The notes beneath the pieces were generated by a model. The model had not been told where the DNA came from. It saw nothing but the letters and a program-made list of their open reading frames with translations, and did not search any database. 56,888 bases of DNA from an uncultured Pirellulaceae bacterium (GTDB lineage Bacteria; Planctomycetota; Planctomycetia; Pirellulales; Pirellulaceae): NCBI GenBank assembly GCA_964507695.1, contig CAZDSC010000008.1, forward strand, positions 1 to 56,888, in the 5' to 3' direction. The translations under genes and the position numbers were made by a program. Shown here one piece after another: positions 7,765 through 16,104 of this stretch; the stretch's first letter is position 1; every line of letters begins with the position of its first letter.

Positions 7765-10700
7765 TGGACGCTTCTACCCTCTTACCAATGTTGCTAGGCG
7801 CCGCGGTTCTGTTGCCGCTGCTTTCCTTTACAGTGATCGTGCTGGCCGGGCCAAACCTGGGCGAGCACGGGAAGGCTGCCGGTACGATTGCAACCGCTGC
7901 CATTCTTGGGGCGGCGATTCTGTCGTTCCTGAGTCTGTTTATTTGGCTGGGATCGAACTGGCCCTCGCCTGGCGGACATCATGATCACGGCCACGCGGCG
8001 GCTCATGGGGACGCGCACGGGCATAGCGACGACGGACATGGTGACGACCATGGGCATGGTGACGGGCACGATGAGGGCGCTCACTCGGATGACGGGCATT
8101 CCGGCGATGGCCACGCTGCCGATACCGATGGCGACCATGCATCACAGCTTGATGGGGCTTCGGCCACTATCGCGTTCGACGCGAATCGTGTTGACGTTAG
8201 CCACGATGCTGCAGATGTCCTTACGAAGGCCGTCGCCTTGGTGGCAGCAGAGACAGAAGATCATGGCGACGAAGAACACGCAGCGGAAGAACACGCAGCG
8301 GATGACCACGCGCATGGTGGCGATCACGGCGAGGCTGCGCCCGGTGCGGGGCCTTACTCTGGCGATTGGTACGTGCTTGGCCAATTCGGCAAGCTGCGAA
8401 TGACGATCGGTTATTACATCGATGCATTGACGATCTGCATGTTTTGCATGGTGACGCTCATCGCGTCCTGCATTCATTTCTACGCCACGGGCTACATGCA
8501 CGACGAGTTGCATGATTTCGTCGATCCCGAGGTGACCATGGCAGACGGGTCGAAACTGAAACGCCCCGGTCGCTATCACCGATTCTTTCAGGCACTTTCG
8601 CTGTTCTGCTTCAGTATGCTCGGCCTGGTGATCGCCGGGAATGTCGCGATGACATTCGTGTTCTGGGAACTGGTCGGTATTTGCTCCTATTTCCTGATTG
8701 GCTTCTACGTCGAACGGAAAAGTGCTTCGACTGCGGCGAACAAGGCATTTATCACCAACCGCGTTGGTGACTTCGGCATGATCATCGGCTTGATGGCCCT
8801 GTGGGGTTCGTTGGGCACATTCAATTACGGTGCCGTTGGTGAGGATCCCGGACTGTTCGAGCTTGTACGTCCCGCGGCCGCCTCGCACGAGTTGCAGGTA
8901 CCGGCGGGGATGGCTCGCATGGCATCGCCTGATCGTGTTCAGGAGGTGGTGTTGGCGAACCCCGACCTTGGTGTCATGGAATTGGAAGCTGCGATTGACG
9001 GTGCGTCGGAACAATGGGTTTCCGAAGCGGCCGAGTCCGGCAGTCCTATTCCCGGATACTGGTTGCTGGTCGTCGCCGGTGTGGGCATCTTTTGCGGCTG
9101 TGTTGGCAAGAGTGCTCAATTCCCATTGCATGTCTGGCTGCCGGACGCGATGGAAGGACCGACACCGGTTTCTGCGTTGGTTCACTCTGCAACGATGGTT
9201 GCCGCCGGAGTCTTTCTTGTGGCGCGGTTCTACCCGGTATTCACTCCCGAGGTGCTGCTGGTAATTGCAATCGCCGGAACGATCACTCTGTTCATGGGAG
9301 CCACAATCGCGATCACCGCGACCGATATCAAACGTGTTCTGGCTTATTCGACGATCAGCCAACTGGGCTACATGATGTTGTCGCTTGGATTGGGCGGTTG
9401 GTTGGCAGGCGTGATGCACCTGTTCACGCACGCATTCTTCAAGAGCCTTTTGTTCATGTGTAGCGGTTCTGTAATCCACGCCGTCCATACGAATGAAATG
9501 CCCCAGATGGGCGGCTTGCGGAAGAAGATGCCATACACCGCGTATACGATGCTGATCGGATGTCTGGCGATCGCCGGTGCTGGCGTGCCATTCCTGATTG
9601 GTATGAGCGGCTACTACTCGAAGGACGCCATCCTTGAGCAGGCTTTCTCATTCCGCTTGTCCAACCCGGGATGGGGTGTCTTTTTCTTCCTGATGGCTGC
9701 CGGTGGTGCTGCAATCACGGCGTTCTACATGTTCCGTCTTTGGTATCTGACCTTTGCCGGCGAACCTCGCGACAAAGAACGATACGACCATGCTCACGAA
9801 TCGCCCAAGAGCATGTATGTTCCGCTGATCGTCTGTTCGGTTTTTGCGATTGGTGTCGCCTGGAAGCCTTTCGGGCACGGCATTGTCAGCAACGAAGCAT
9901 TGCTGGGAGCGTTCTTAACGACGGTGATCTTCGGATTGCTGTACTTCGTCTACGGACAAAGTGATTCGGAACACGCCAGTGACGCTCACGCTCACGACAG
10001 CCATGATGCACACCATGACCATGGTCACGATGCTCACGGCCACGGGGATGACGTGACAGCCGCCGGCGCCTTGCGAGTCGCTTTGTTGCTATCGGGCGCG
10101 GCACTGGTGATTGCCATTGTCTGGTCGTTCGTCACGATCGGTGATAATCGGCTGGGCGATGTCACACTGGCACAATTGCTCGAGGATGCCCGTCCCGCGG
10201 GGACGGCAGCATTTCAGGAGTCCTCGTGGTTCGCAGGAGTCTGGCCTGATGAGCATTACGCTCACCTCGAAGAGAACTTCTCGACGATTGTTGCTCCGGC
10301 GACGATGGTTGCGTTCAGCACCGCGTTGGGCGGGTTTATGCTGGCGACGGTGATGTATTGCTGGGGCTGGGTCGATCCCGCGGAAGTCAAACGGCAGTTT
10401 GCTGGATTACATCGTTTCCTCACCAACAAATGGTGGTTCGACGAGTTGTATGACTTTGTGTTCATCCAGCCTTGTCATCGCATTGCCAAATTCGCTTCGA
10501 ACTTCGATCAACTATGTATCGACTGGTTCCTTAATCAGCTCGCTTGGTTCACCAAGACATTTAGTGTCATAACCGAGCGAATTGGTGACAGAACCATCGT
10601 TGACGGTTTTGTAAATAATCTGGCCAGTTTCACTTTCCGTTCGGGCGTAAGTCTGCGTTCGGTCCAAACGGGAAGCCTGCGTCAGTACATCATGTTTATT

Positions 10701-10766
10701 GGTGCCGGTACGGTGGCCGTATTTGCCCTTGCCAGCTTCTTTTGGGGAGCCGGATTCGGCCAGTGA
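7764..10766 (+). CDS. nuoL: NADH-quinone oxidoreductase subunit L, strongly expanded (1000 aa)
   Basis: The core motifs GKSAQFPLHVWLPDAMEGPTPVSALVHSATMVAAGVFL and YSTISQLGYMM are present, as is the C-terminal lateral-helix/TM region. The protein is about 350-400 aa longer than typical NuoL because of three insertions. Confidence 0.9.
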   Translation: MDASTLLPMLLGAAVLLPLLSFTVIVLAGPNLGEHGKAAGTIATAAILGAAILSFLSLFIWLGSNWPSPGGHHDHGHAAAHGDAHGHSDDGHGDDHGHGDGHDEGAHSDDGHSGDGHAADTDGDHASQLDGASATIAFDANRVDVSHDAADVLTKAVALVAAETEDHGDEEHAAEEHAADDHAHGGDHGEAAPGAGPYSGDWYVLGQFGKLRMTIGYYIDALTICMFCMVTLIASCIHFYATGYMHDELHDFVDPEVTMADGSKLKRPGRYHRFFQALSLFCFSMLGLVIAGNVAMTFVFWELVGICSYFLIGFYVERKSASTAANKAFITNRVGDFGMIIGLMALWGSLGTFNYGAVGEDPGLFELVRPAAASHELQVPAGMARMASPDRVQEVVLANPDLGVMELEAAIDGASEQWVSEAAESGSPIPGYWLLVVAGVGIFCGCVGKSAQFPLHVWLPDAMEGPTPVSALVHSATMVAAGVFLVARFYPVFTPEVLLVIAIAGTITLFMGATIAITATDIKRVLAYSTISQLGYMMLSLGLGGWLAGVMHLFTHAFFKSLLFMCSGSVIHAVHTNEMPQMGGLRKKMPYTAYTMLIGCLAIAGAGVPFLIGMSGYYSKDAILEQAFSFRLSNPGWGVFFFLMAAGGAAITAFYMFRLWYLTFAGEPRDKERYDHAHESPKSMYVPLIVCSVFAIGVAWKPFGHGIVSNEALLGAFLTTVIFGLLYFVYGQSDSEHASDAHAHDSHDAHHDHGHDAHGHGDDVTAAGALRVALLLSGAALVIAIVWSFVTIGDNRLGDVTLAQLLEDARPAGTAAFQESSWFAGVWPDEHYAHLEENFSTIVAPATMVAFSTALGGFMLATVMYCWGWVDPAEVKRQFAGLHRFLTNKWWFDELYDFVFIQPCHRIAKFASNFDQLCIDWFLNQLAWFTKTFSVITERIGDRTIVDGFVNNLASFTFRSGVSLRSVQTGSLRQYIMFIGAGTVAVFALASFFWGAGFGQ
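8271..8315 (+). repeat. 15-bp in-frame tandem repeat inside nuoL (GAAGAACACGCAGCG x2 plus a degenerate third unit)
   Basis: Read directly from the sequence. It encodes EEHAA-EEHAA-DDHAH. Confidence 0.9.
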
Positions 10767-10816
10767 TCAACCTGATCAGAACATAACGGGGCGAGTCGCC
10801 CCGCTTGAGGTAAGAA

Positions 10817-12700
10817 ATGTCTTTCATCGTATTCCTTCCTGCTGCCGTCGCGCTGATCCTTGCCTTTTTTCCGAAGAGCACGGATGCGAATGTATTCAGA
10901 TACGTAACCCTTGCCGCGACGATTGGCGTGCTGGCGATGGTGGTCGGGGCGTTCTTTTTCCCGGGCAACCTATATTTCGACGCCTCGAATCCGAACCTGC
11001 AGAACGTTGAGTTGTTCCCATGGATCAGTTCGCAGGCATTCAGTATCGATTATTTCATGGGAATCGACGGCATCAGCTTTCCGTTGATCGTGCTGACGGC
11101 CGGTGTCTCGGTATTGGCGATGATTGCCAGTTGGTCGATCACGAAGCAGGTGAAGGGCTACTGCATTCTGTTCCTGTTATTGGAAACCGGCATGTTGGGG
11201 GTCTTTTTGGCCCTGGACTTCTTCCTGTTTTACATCTTCTGGGAAGTCATGCTCTTGCCGATGTATTTCCTGATTGGCATCTGGGGCGGACCACGAAAAG
11301 AATACGCGGCAATCAAGTTCTTCCTGTACACACTGTTCGGAAGTGTCTTGATGCTGGTCGCTATCTTGATGATCTACTTCGCCAGTGACCTGAACGTCCT
11401 GGACGAAGCCACCCTGGTCAGCACGCACGTCGTGCAGACAGTCGTGGCCGAGGACGGAACGGTTGCAGCCGCGGAGGGAGCTTTTGATGCGTTGAGGGAC
11501 CGTGGTTACACGGGAACGCCTGGCGACACGAAGGTTCACACGTTCAATATTATGGCTTTGGCCGCCATGGCTCAGAATGGCTCCGGGTTGTTCGACGGCG
11601 AGTTGCTGTTCGGATGGCAGTTGCAGCACTGGGCATTCCTGCTGTTGTTTATCGGTTTCGCCATCAAAGTGCCGTCGTTCCCGGTTCACACGTGGTTGCC
11701 CGATGCTCACGTGGAAGCCCCGACACCAATCTCGATGATTCTGGCCGGGATTCTGCTGAAGATGGGTGGCTACGGAATCTTGCGAATCTGTTACCCGATC
11801 TGCCCGATGGGTGGTTACGACTTCCGTTGGTTCATTTGCTCGATCGGCGTCATCAGCATGGTCTATGGTGCCTTCGCGGCGTTGGCACAAAAAGACTTCA
11901 AGCGAATGGTGGCGTATAGCTCGGTGAGTCACATGGGCTATGTCGTGCTCGGCTTGGGTGTCATGTCGATTGGCATCGGGCAAGGCTTTAACTGGTATTA
12001 CTGGAACATGGGAATCAAAGGCGCCATGTTCCAGATGATTGCACACGGCGTGAGCTCGGCCGGCATGTTCTTCATGGTCGGCGTCGTCTATGACCGAGTT
12101 CATCACCGTAACCTTGAAGAGTTTGGTGGCCTCTACGGCAAGATGCCGCTGTACTCGGCATTGGCATTCGCCGTCTTCTTCGCTGGCTTGGGACTGCCCG
12201 GTCTGTGCGGGTTCATTGGCGAGGTCTTTGTCGTCCTGTCCGTCTGGAACTTTAGCTACCTGTTGGCGATTATCTCTGCCGGGGTTGTCATCCTGACTGC
12301 GGCATACATCCTGTGGGCCCTGCAACGCGTCTACCTGGGCGCTGAATACAAGGGACCGCATGAAGAGGCTCTGACGCCAATCACTGGTCGTGAGCTGTCA
12401 GTCGCGATTCCACTCGTCTTCCTTGCGATTCTGTTCGGCGTGATGCCCAGCCTTATTCTGCGTTACATGGATTCGACCATCGACCAGCAGGTTGAGGGCA
12501 TCACCAATACGGTACGACTCGTCGAAGTGGATCGGGCCGCTGCCGCAGCAGCTGATGAGGAATTGGAAGATGAAGGCGAAGTGAACGCAAAATTGGACGC
12601 CAATCCACCAGTTGATGGGGATGCGACGATCGTGGATGTTGCCGTGAACGTATCCGGTTCGTCGCCGTCTTCCGTTGGCAATATCCTGAACAAGTTTTGA
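10817..12700 (+). CDS. nuoM: NADH-quinone oxidoreductase subunit M, expanded (627 aa)
   Basis: FAIKVPSFPVHTWLPDAHVEAPTPISMILAGILLKMGGYG and AYSSVSHMGYVVLG are present. GAGG lies upstream of the ATG. It has an internal insertion of about 45 aa and a 70-aa acidic tail. Confidence 0.9.
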   Translation: MSFIVFLPAAVALILAFFPKSTDANVFRYVTLAATIGVLAMVVGAFFFPGNLYFDASNPNLQNVELFPWISSQAFSIDYFMGIDGISFPLIVLTAGVSVLAMIASWSITKQVKGYCILFLLLETGMLGVFLALDFFLFYIFWEVMLLPMYFLIGIWGGPRKEYAAIKFFLYTLFGSVLMLVAILMIYFASDLNVLDEATLVSTHVVQTVVAEDGTVAAAEGAFDALRDRGYTGTPGDTKVHTFNIMALAAMAQNGSGLFDGELLFGWQLQHWAFLLLFIGFAIKVPSFPVHTWLPDAHVEAPTPISMILAGILLKMGGYGILRICYPICPMGGYDFRWFICSIGVISMVYGAFAALAQKDFKRMVAYSSVSHMGYVVLGLGVMSIGIGQGFNWYYWNMGIKGAMFQMIAHGVSSAGMFFMVGVVYDRVHHRNLEEFGGLYGKMPLYSALAFAVFFAGLGLPGLCGFIGEVFVVLSVWNFSYLLAIISAGVVILTAAYILWALQRVYLGAEYKGPHEEALTPITGRELSVAIPLVFLAILFGVMPSLILRYMDSTIDQQVEGITNTVRLVEVDRAAAAAADEELEDEGEVNAKLDANPPVDGDATIVDVAVNVSGSSPSSVGNILNKF

Positions 12701-12716
12701 ATGAAGGCCATCAGTT

Positions 12717-14522
12717 GTGGACTTTAACGCACTAGTACATACCTCAATTGCCGACACGACGGGGTCTTTGGCTCCCTTCGCGCCAGAACTTATTCTGTGC
12801 CTGACCTTGATGGGTCTGTTGCTGATCAGAATGATTCCGTTTGGCGATCGGATCGATGCCGGCTTTCTGGCGATTCTCGGCGTGGCCGGCGCACTTTATG
12901 TGGCCGGGCCCTGGTCGACTCTCATGGCAACGCCGGAACAGGGTGTCGAACTGTTTGGCGGCATGATTGTGTTTGATTCGTTCACCGTCGGTGTCCGAGC
13001 GATTCTGCTGGTCTTTACCATCCTGTTCATACTGTTCACCAAGTTTTCCGGCATGCCCGCGAAAGAGGACGGTACTGATTTTTACTGCCTCATTCTCGGT
13101 GCCATCGTGGGCATGTGCCTCATGGTGTCGGCCAACCATCTGTTGATGGTTTTCCTGGCGGTGGAGATGGCGAGCGTGCCGTCTTATGCACTTGCCGGGA
13201 TTCGGCGTGGCCACCGACTGGGCAGTGAAGCGGCATTGAAGTACTCGATCTACGGTGCTGGTGCTGCCGGTGTCATGCTGTATGGCATCAGCCTGCTCGC
13301 CGGATTAGTGAATGCTGTCCATCTGCCAACCATTGCCGTTGAGCTGTCGACTCGGCTGCCCGAAATGTCACGGCCTGAACTGGTGGTGCTGATTTTGGCG
13401 TCGATGATGATCATGGCTGGTCTCGCGTTCAAACTTTCTGCGGTTCCGTTTCACTTCTGGTGCCCTGACGTTTTTGAGGGGGCGACCGCCGAGATCGCAG
13501 CCTTCCTGTCTATTGCATCGAAAGCCGCTGCCTTGGCGTTGCTCGTTCGAGTTTGCCTGGGGGTCGGCATGCTGGGGCCTGAGCGAATTACGGCTGCTGA
13601 TCTTCCTCCGGTGATCGAGGCAGTGGATGAAACAGAAGACGAAGATGCGGACATGGCGTCGTTGCCGTCGAGCACGGCGGTTGGAATGTTTGCCGTTGAT
13701 GATGACGTGGCAACGCATGCGGATGAAGGTCACGATGACGCGGCTCACGATGACGCGGCTCACGATGACGCGGCTGATTCCGGTGACGTCGATGCGTCAT
13801 CGCCACTCAGTTCCGTCAGGCTGTTCCTTGGCATCATGGTCACGGTGATTGCCTCGGTGACCTGCACGTTCGGGAATCTGGCTGCTTATGGACAGACCAA
13901 CATCAAAAGGTTGTTCGGCTATTCGACCATCGCTCACGCTGGTTACATGATGATGCCAGTACCTGCGGCGCTGGCCGTCGCCACGGTGAGTCCCGACTCC
14001 GCTCGCGATGCGATTTCATCCATTGTGTTGTATGTCGCGATCTACATGTTTATGAATCTGGGAGCCTTTGCGATCATCGCGTTCCTGCGAAGCACCATGA
14101 ATACTGAGGAGATCCTCGATTACGCGGGCATGATCAAGCGAGCCCCTGTGCTGGTCGTATGTTTCACCTTGATCATGGTCAGTTTGATCGGCATTCCTCC
14201 ATTGGCTGGCTTTGTCGGAAAGTTTGCTGTGTTCGCTTCGCTGGCGGACACCTATGTGGTCACGGGGCAAACGCATCTGATCGTGCTGCTGATCGTCGGT
14301 GGTATCAATACGGCAATCAGCCTCTTCTACTACCTGCGGGTCGTGAAGGTGATGGTCATTGATCCGGAATCAGATGCGATTTCGACTTACGACGGAAACA
14401 TCATGGGGGCACTGCAACTCGCATTCGTGGTTGGTATCACCGTTCCGGTCTGCCTTCTGATCGTCAACTGGAATCAATTAGCGGGTTGGAGTGCTGCTGC
14501 GGCCCAGCAACTCTTTGGCTAA
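12717..14522 (+). CDS. nuoN: NADH-quinone oxidoreductase subunit N, expanded (601 aa)
   Basis: FKLSAVPFHFWCPDVFEGA and GYSTIAHAGYMM are present. GTG start. An acidic insertion of about 80 aa interrupts the protein. Confidence 0.9.
   Translation: MDFNALVHTSIADTTGSLAPFAPELILCLTLMGLLLIRMIPFGDRIDAGFLAILGVAGALYVAGPWSTLMATPEQGVELFGGMIVFDSFTVGVRAILLVFTILFILFTKFSGMPAKEDGTDFYCLILGAIVGMCLMVSANHLLMVFLAVEMASVPSYALAGIRRGHRLGSEAALKYSIYGAGAAGVMLYGISLLAGLVNAVHLPTIAVELSTRLPEMSRPELVVLILASMMIMAGLAFKLSAVPFHFWCPDVFEGATAEIAAFLSIASKAAALALLVRVCLGVGMLGPERITAADLPPVIEAVDETEDEDADMASLPSSTAVGMFAVDDDVATHADEGHDDAAHDDAAHDDAADSGDVDASSPLSSVRLFLGIMVTVIASVTCTFGNLAAYGQTNIKRLFGYSTIAHAGYMMMPVPAALAVATVSPDSARDAISSIVLYVAIYMFMNLGAFAIIAFLRSTMNTEEILDYAGMIKRAPVLVVCFTLIMVSLIGIPPLAGFVGKFAVFASLADTYVVTGQTHLIVLLIVGGINTAISLFYYLRVVKVMVIDPESDAISTYDGNIMGALQLAFVVGITVPVCLLIVNWNQLAGWSAAAAQQLFG
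13731..13775 (+). repeat. perfect 15-bp x3 in-frame tandem repeat inside nuoN (CACGATGACGCGGCT)
   Basis: Read directly from the sequence. It encodes HDDAA-HDDAA-HDDAA. Confidence 0.95.
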
Positions 14523-14551
14523 ATCACGGCGGCTACACCGGAGAGCCTGAC

Positions 14552-14971
14552 TTGAATACCATACTGACGCTCAATCGACTACTCGCGTTGCACGCAAGAT
14601 CGTTGCCCATGTATCTGGACAGCGCACCACCTCACCGAAGTTTCGGCGACGAACGCACCTGGGAAGCGATTCGGCATATCATCGACGATCAGACGCTGAT
14701 GGTTGACAAGATTGCAGACTACGTCGAAACGCTTGACGGAACACCGAACCGAGGTGAGTTCCCGATGGAGTTTACGGGGATGCACGATCTCTCGACGGAA
14801 TACATTGCCAAGCAGGTACTCGAGCGTCAAAAGAACGAAGTCGGCATGATTGAAGAATTGTCGGCCGCATTAGAGGCAGGCACACCTGCACGAGCCATCG
14901 CTCAAGAGGCTCTTGGGGCCGCCAAGGCCCACGTCGAATCTTTGGAAGAGTGCCTCTCGACGGTGGCGTAG
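14552..14971 (+). CDS. hypothetical protein (139 aa, helical, acidic), last gene of the nuo-strand block
   Basis: The ORF continues 30 nt after the nuoN stop. A TTG at 14552 is preceded by GGAGAG. I recognised no family. Confidence 0.5.
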   Translation: MNTILTLNRLLALHARSLPMYLDSAPPHRSFGDERTWEAIRHIIDDQTLMVDKIADYVETLDGTPNRGEFPMEFTGMHDLSTEYIAKQVLERQKNEVGMIEELSAALEAGTPARAIAQEALGAAKAHVESLEECLSTVA

Positions 14972-14978
14972 AGCCGCG

Positions 14979-15026
14979 ACGCGCTCGATCGCAAACGCGC
15001 TCGATCGCAGACGCACGCTATCGCAG
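14979..15026. repeat. 16-bp tandem repeat x3 (ACGCGCTCGATCGCAA / ...CAG / ACGCACGCTATCGCAG)
   Basis: Read directly from the sequence. It fills 48 of the 62 bp between the convergent stops at 14971 and 15034. Confidence 0.9.
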
Positions 15027-15033
15027 ATGACCC

Positions 15034-16104
15034 TTACGTCGTTACCACGAAGGTGCGGCGGTTTGTGGTAGCAAGATCGCAAACCCACGCGTCGACGAGG
15101 ATTCCCAGATTTGCGTTGGAACGGACGTGCTGAAGCGATTCCACGCATCGATCCAGTTGCCAGATCATGAGGTCCAGATTGGGTTCGGTCTGTTCGAGCA
15201 ACTGCGAGATGTGCTGTTGCAGTTCCACGTCAGGAGTCTCGCTGGACTCGCAACACGCTCGTAACAAACCACGGTAGAACACTATCGCACAATCGAAAGC
15301 CAAGCGGAGTTGCTTGCGGCGGGCGGCCGCTTCTTTGCCGTTTGCATCGGCAAATTCGTTGACCAGTTTCGCGAGTCGATGTCGGGATATCGAGGGTTTG
15401 GCAAGCTCTGCAAACAGAGCTCGACGAAATTCGATGATGCCGGGGTCCGACATCGCGATCGCGCCTGAGATGCTGCCAGCTGCGCGGGAAGCCATTTCGT
15501 GTGCCTGTTCGGTGGACTCTGCCGCGCCAGTCCTCAAAAGGCAATCGGCCACCTGTTCGTCGGCCAGCGGATGGAACTGAATGACCTGGCTGCGCGAGCG
15601 AATCGTCGGCAATTGACGCTGTAAGCTGGTGCTGATCAGGATGATGACGGCGCCGGGCGATGGTTCTTCCAGCGTCTTGAGAAGGCTGTTGGCACCTTCC
15701 ACATTCAGCCAATCTGCATCATCGACAATGGCGATGCGTCGTTTGCCGCCCGAGGGCGTCAAGCTGATAAAGTGACACAGTCCGGCTCGCATACGATGGT
15801 CGCGATCACCAATGAAGGTGTCGACCGGGATATACGCTTTGTCGGCGGGTTTGCTGACGACCTGCAAATCCGGGTGCGAATTGGATTCGACCTGAGTGCA
15901 TTCCGGGCAAGCTCCGCACGGTTCCAGTTTCGCTTCGGGCACGCGGCTGCAAAGCATGGCCTGCGCAAGTTTCAGTGCGAAGGTTCGCTTGCCAATGCCT
16001 TCGGGGCCGACGAACAGGAACGTGGTTGCGAGCCGTTGCTGTTGAATGCTACGCCGAAACCGCTCGATTTGGCGATCATGCCCAACGATATCCTGCCAGC
16101 TCAT
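15034..16104 (-). CDS. holB: DNA polymerase III subunit delta prime
   Basis: GHDRQIERF..., LFVGPEGIGKRTFA (P-loop-like), a CGACPEC zinc module, and ANSLLKTLEEP followed by TIRSRSQ. The ATG at 16104 overlaps the tmk stop (ATGA). Confidence 0.87.
   Translation of the reverse strand: MSWQDIVGHDRQIERFRRSIQQQRLATTFLFVGPEGIGKRTFALKLAQAMLCSRVPEAKLEPCGACPECTQVESNSHPDLQVVSKPADKAYIPVDTFIGDRDHRMRAGLCHFISLTPSGGKRRIAIVDDADWLNVEGANSLLKTLEEPSPGAVIILISTSLQRQLPTIRSRSQVIQFHPLADEQVADCLLRTGAAESTEQAHEMASRAAGSISGAIAMSDPGIIEFRRALFAELAKPSISRHRLAKLVNEFADANGKEAAARRKQLRLAFDCAIVFYRGLLRACCESSETPDVELQQHISQLLEQTEPNLDLMIWQLDRCVESLQHVRSNANLGILVDAWVCDLATTNRRTFVVTT

Noticed and set aside
8142-9488. A 448-aa ORF antisense to nuoL. 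Similar long antisense ORFs lie at 11177-12361 (nuoM), 3969-4898 (nuoD), 17204-18118, 32830-33768, 37830-38876, 40747-41970, 42387-43427 and 51201-52460 (ligA).
   Set aside because: Each lies opposite a gene with strong family motifs. The translations are Arg/His/Gln-rich and low in complexity with no recognisable motifs. This is the typical shadow-ORF artefact of GC-rich coding DNA.
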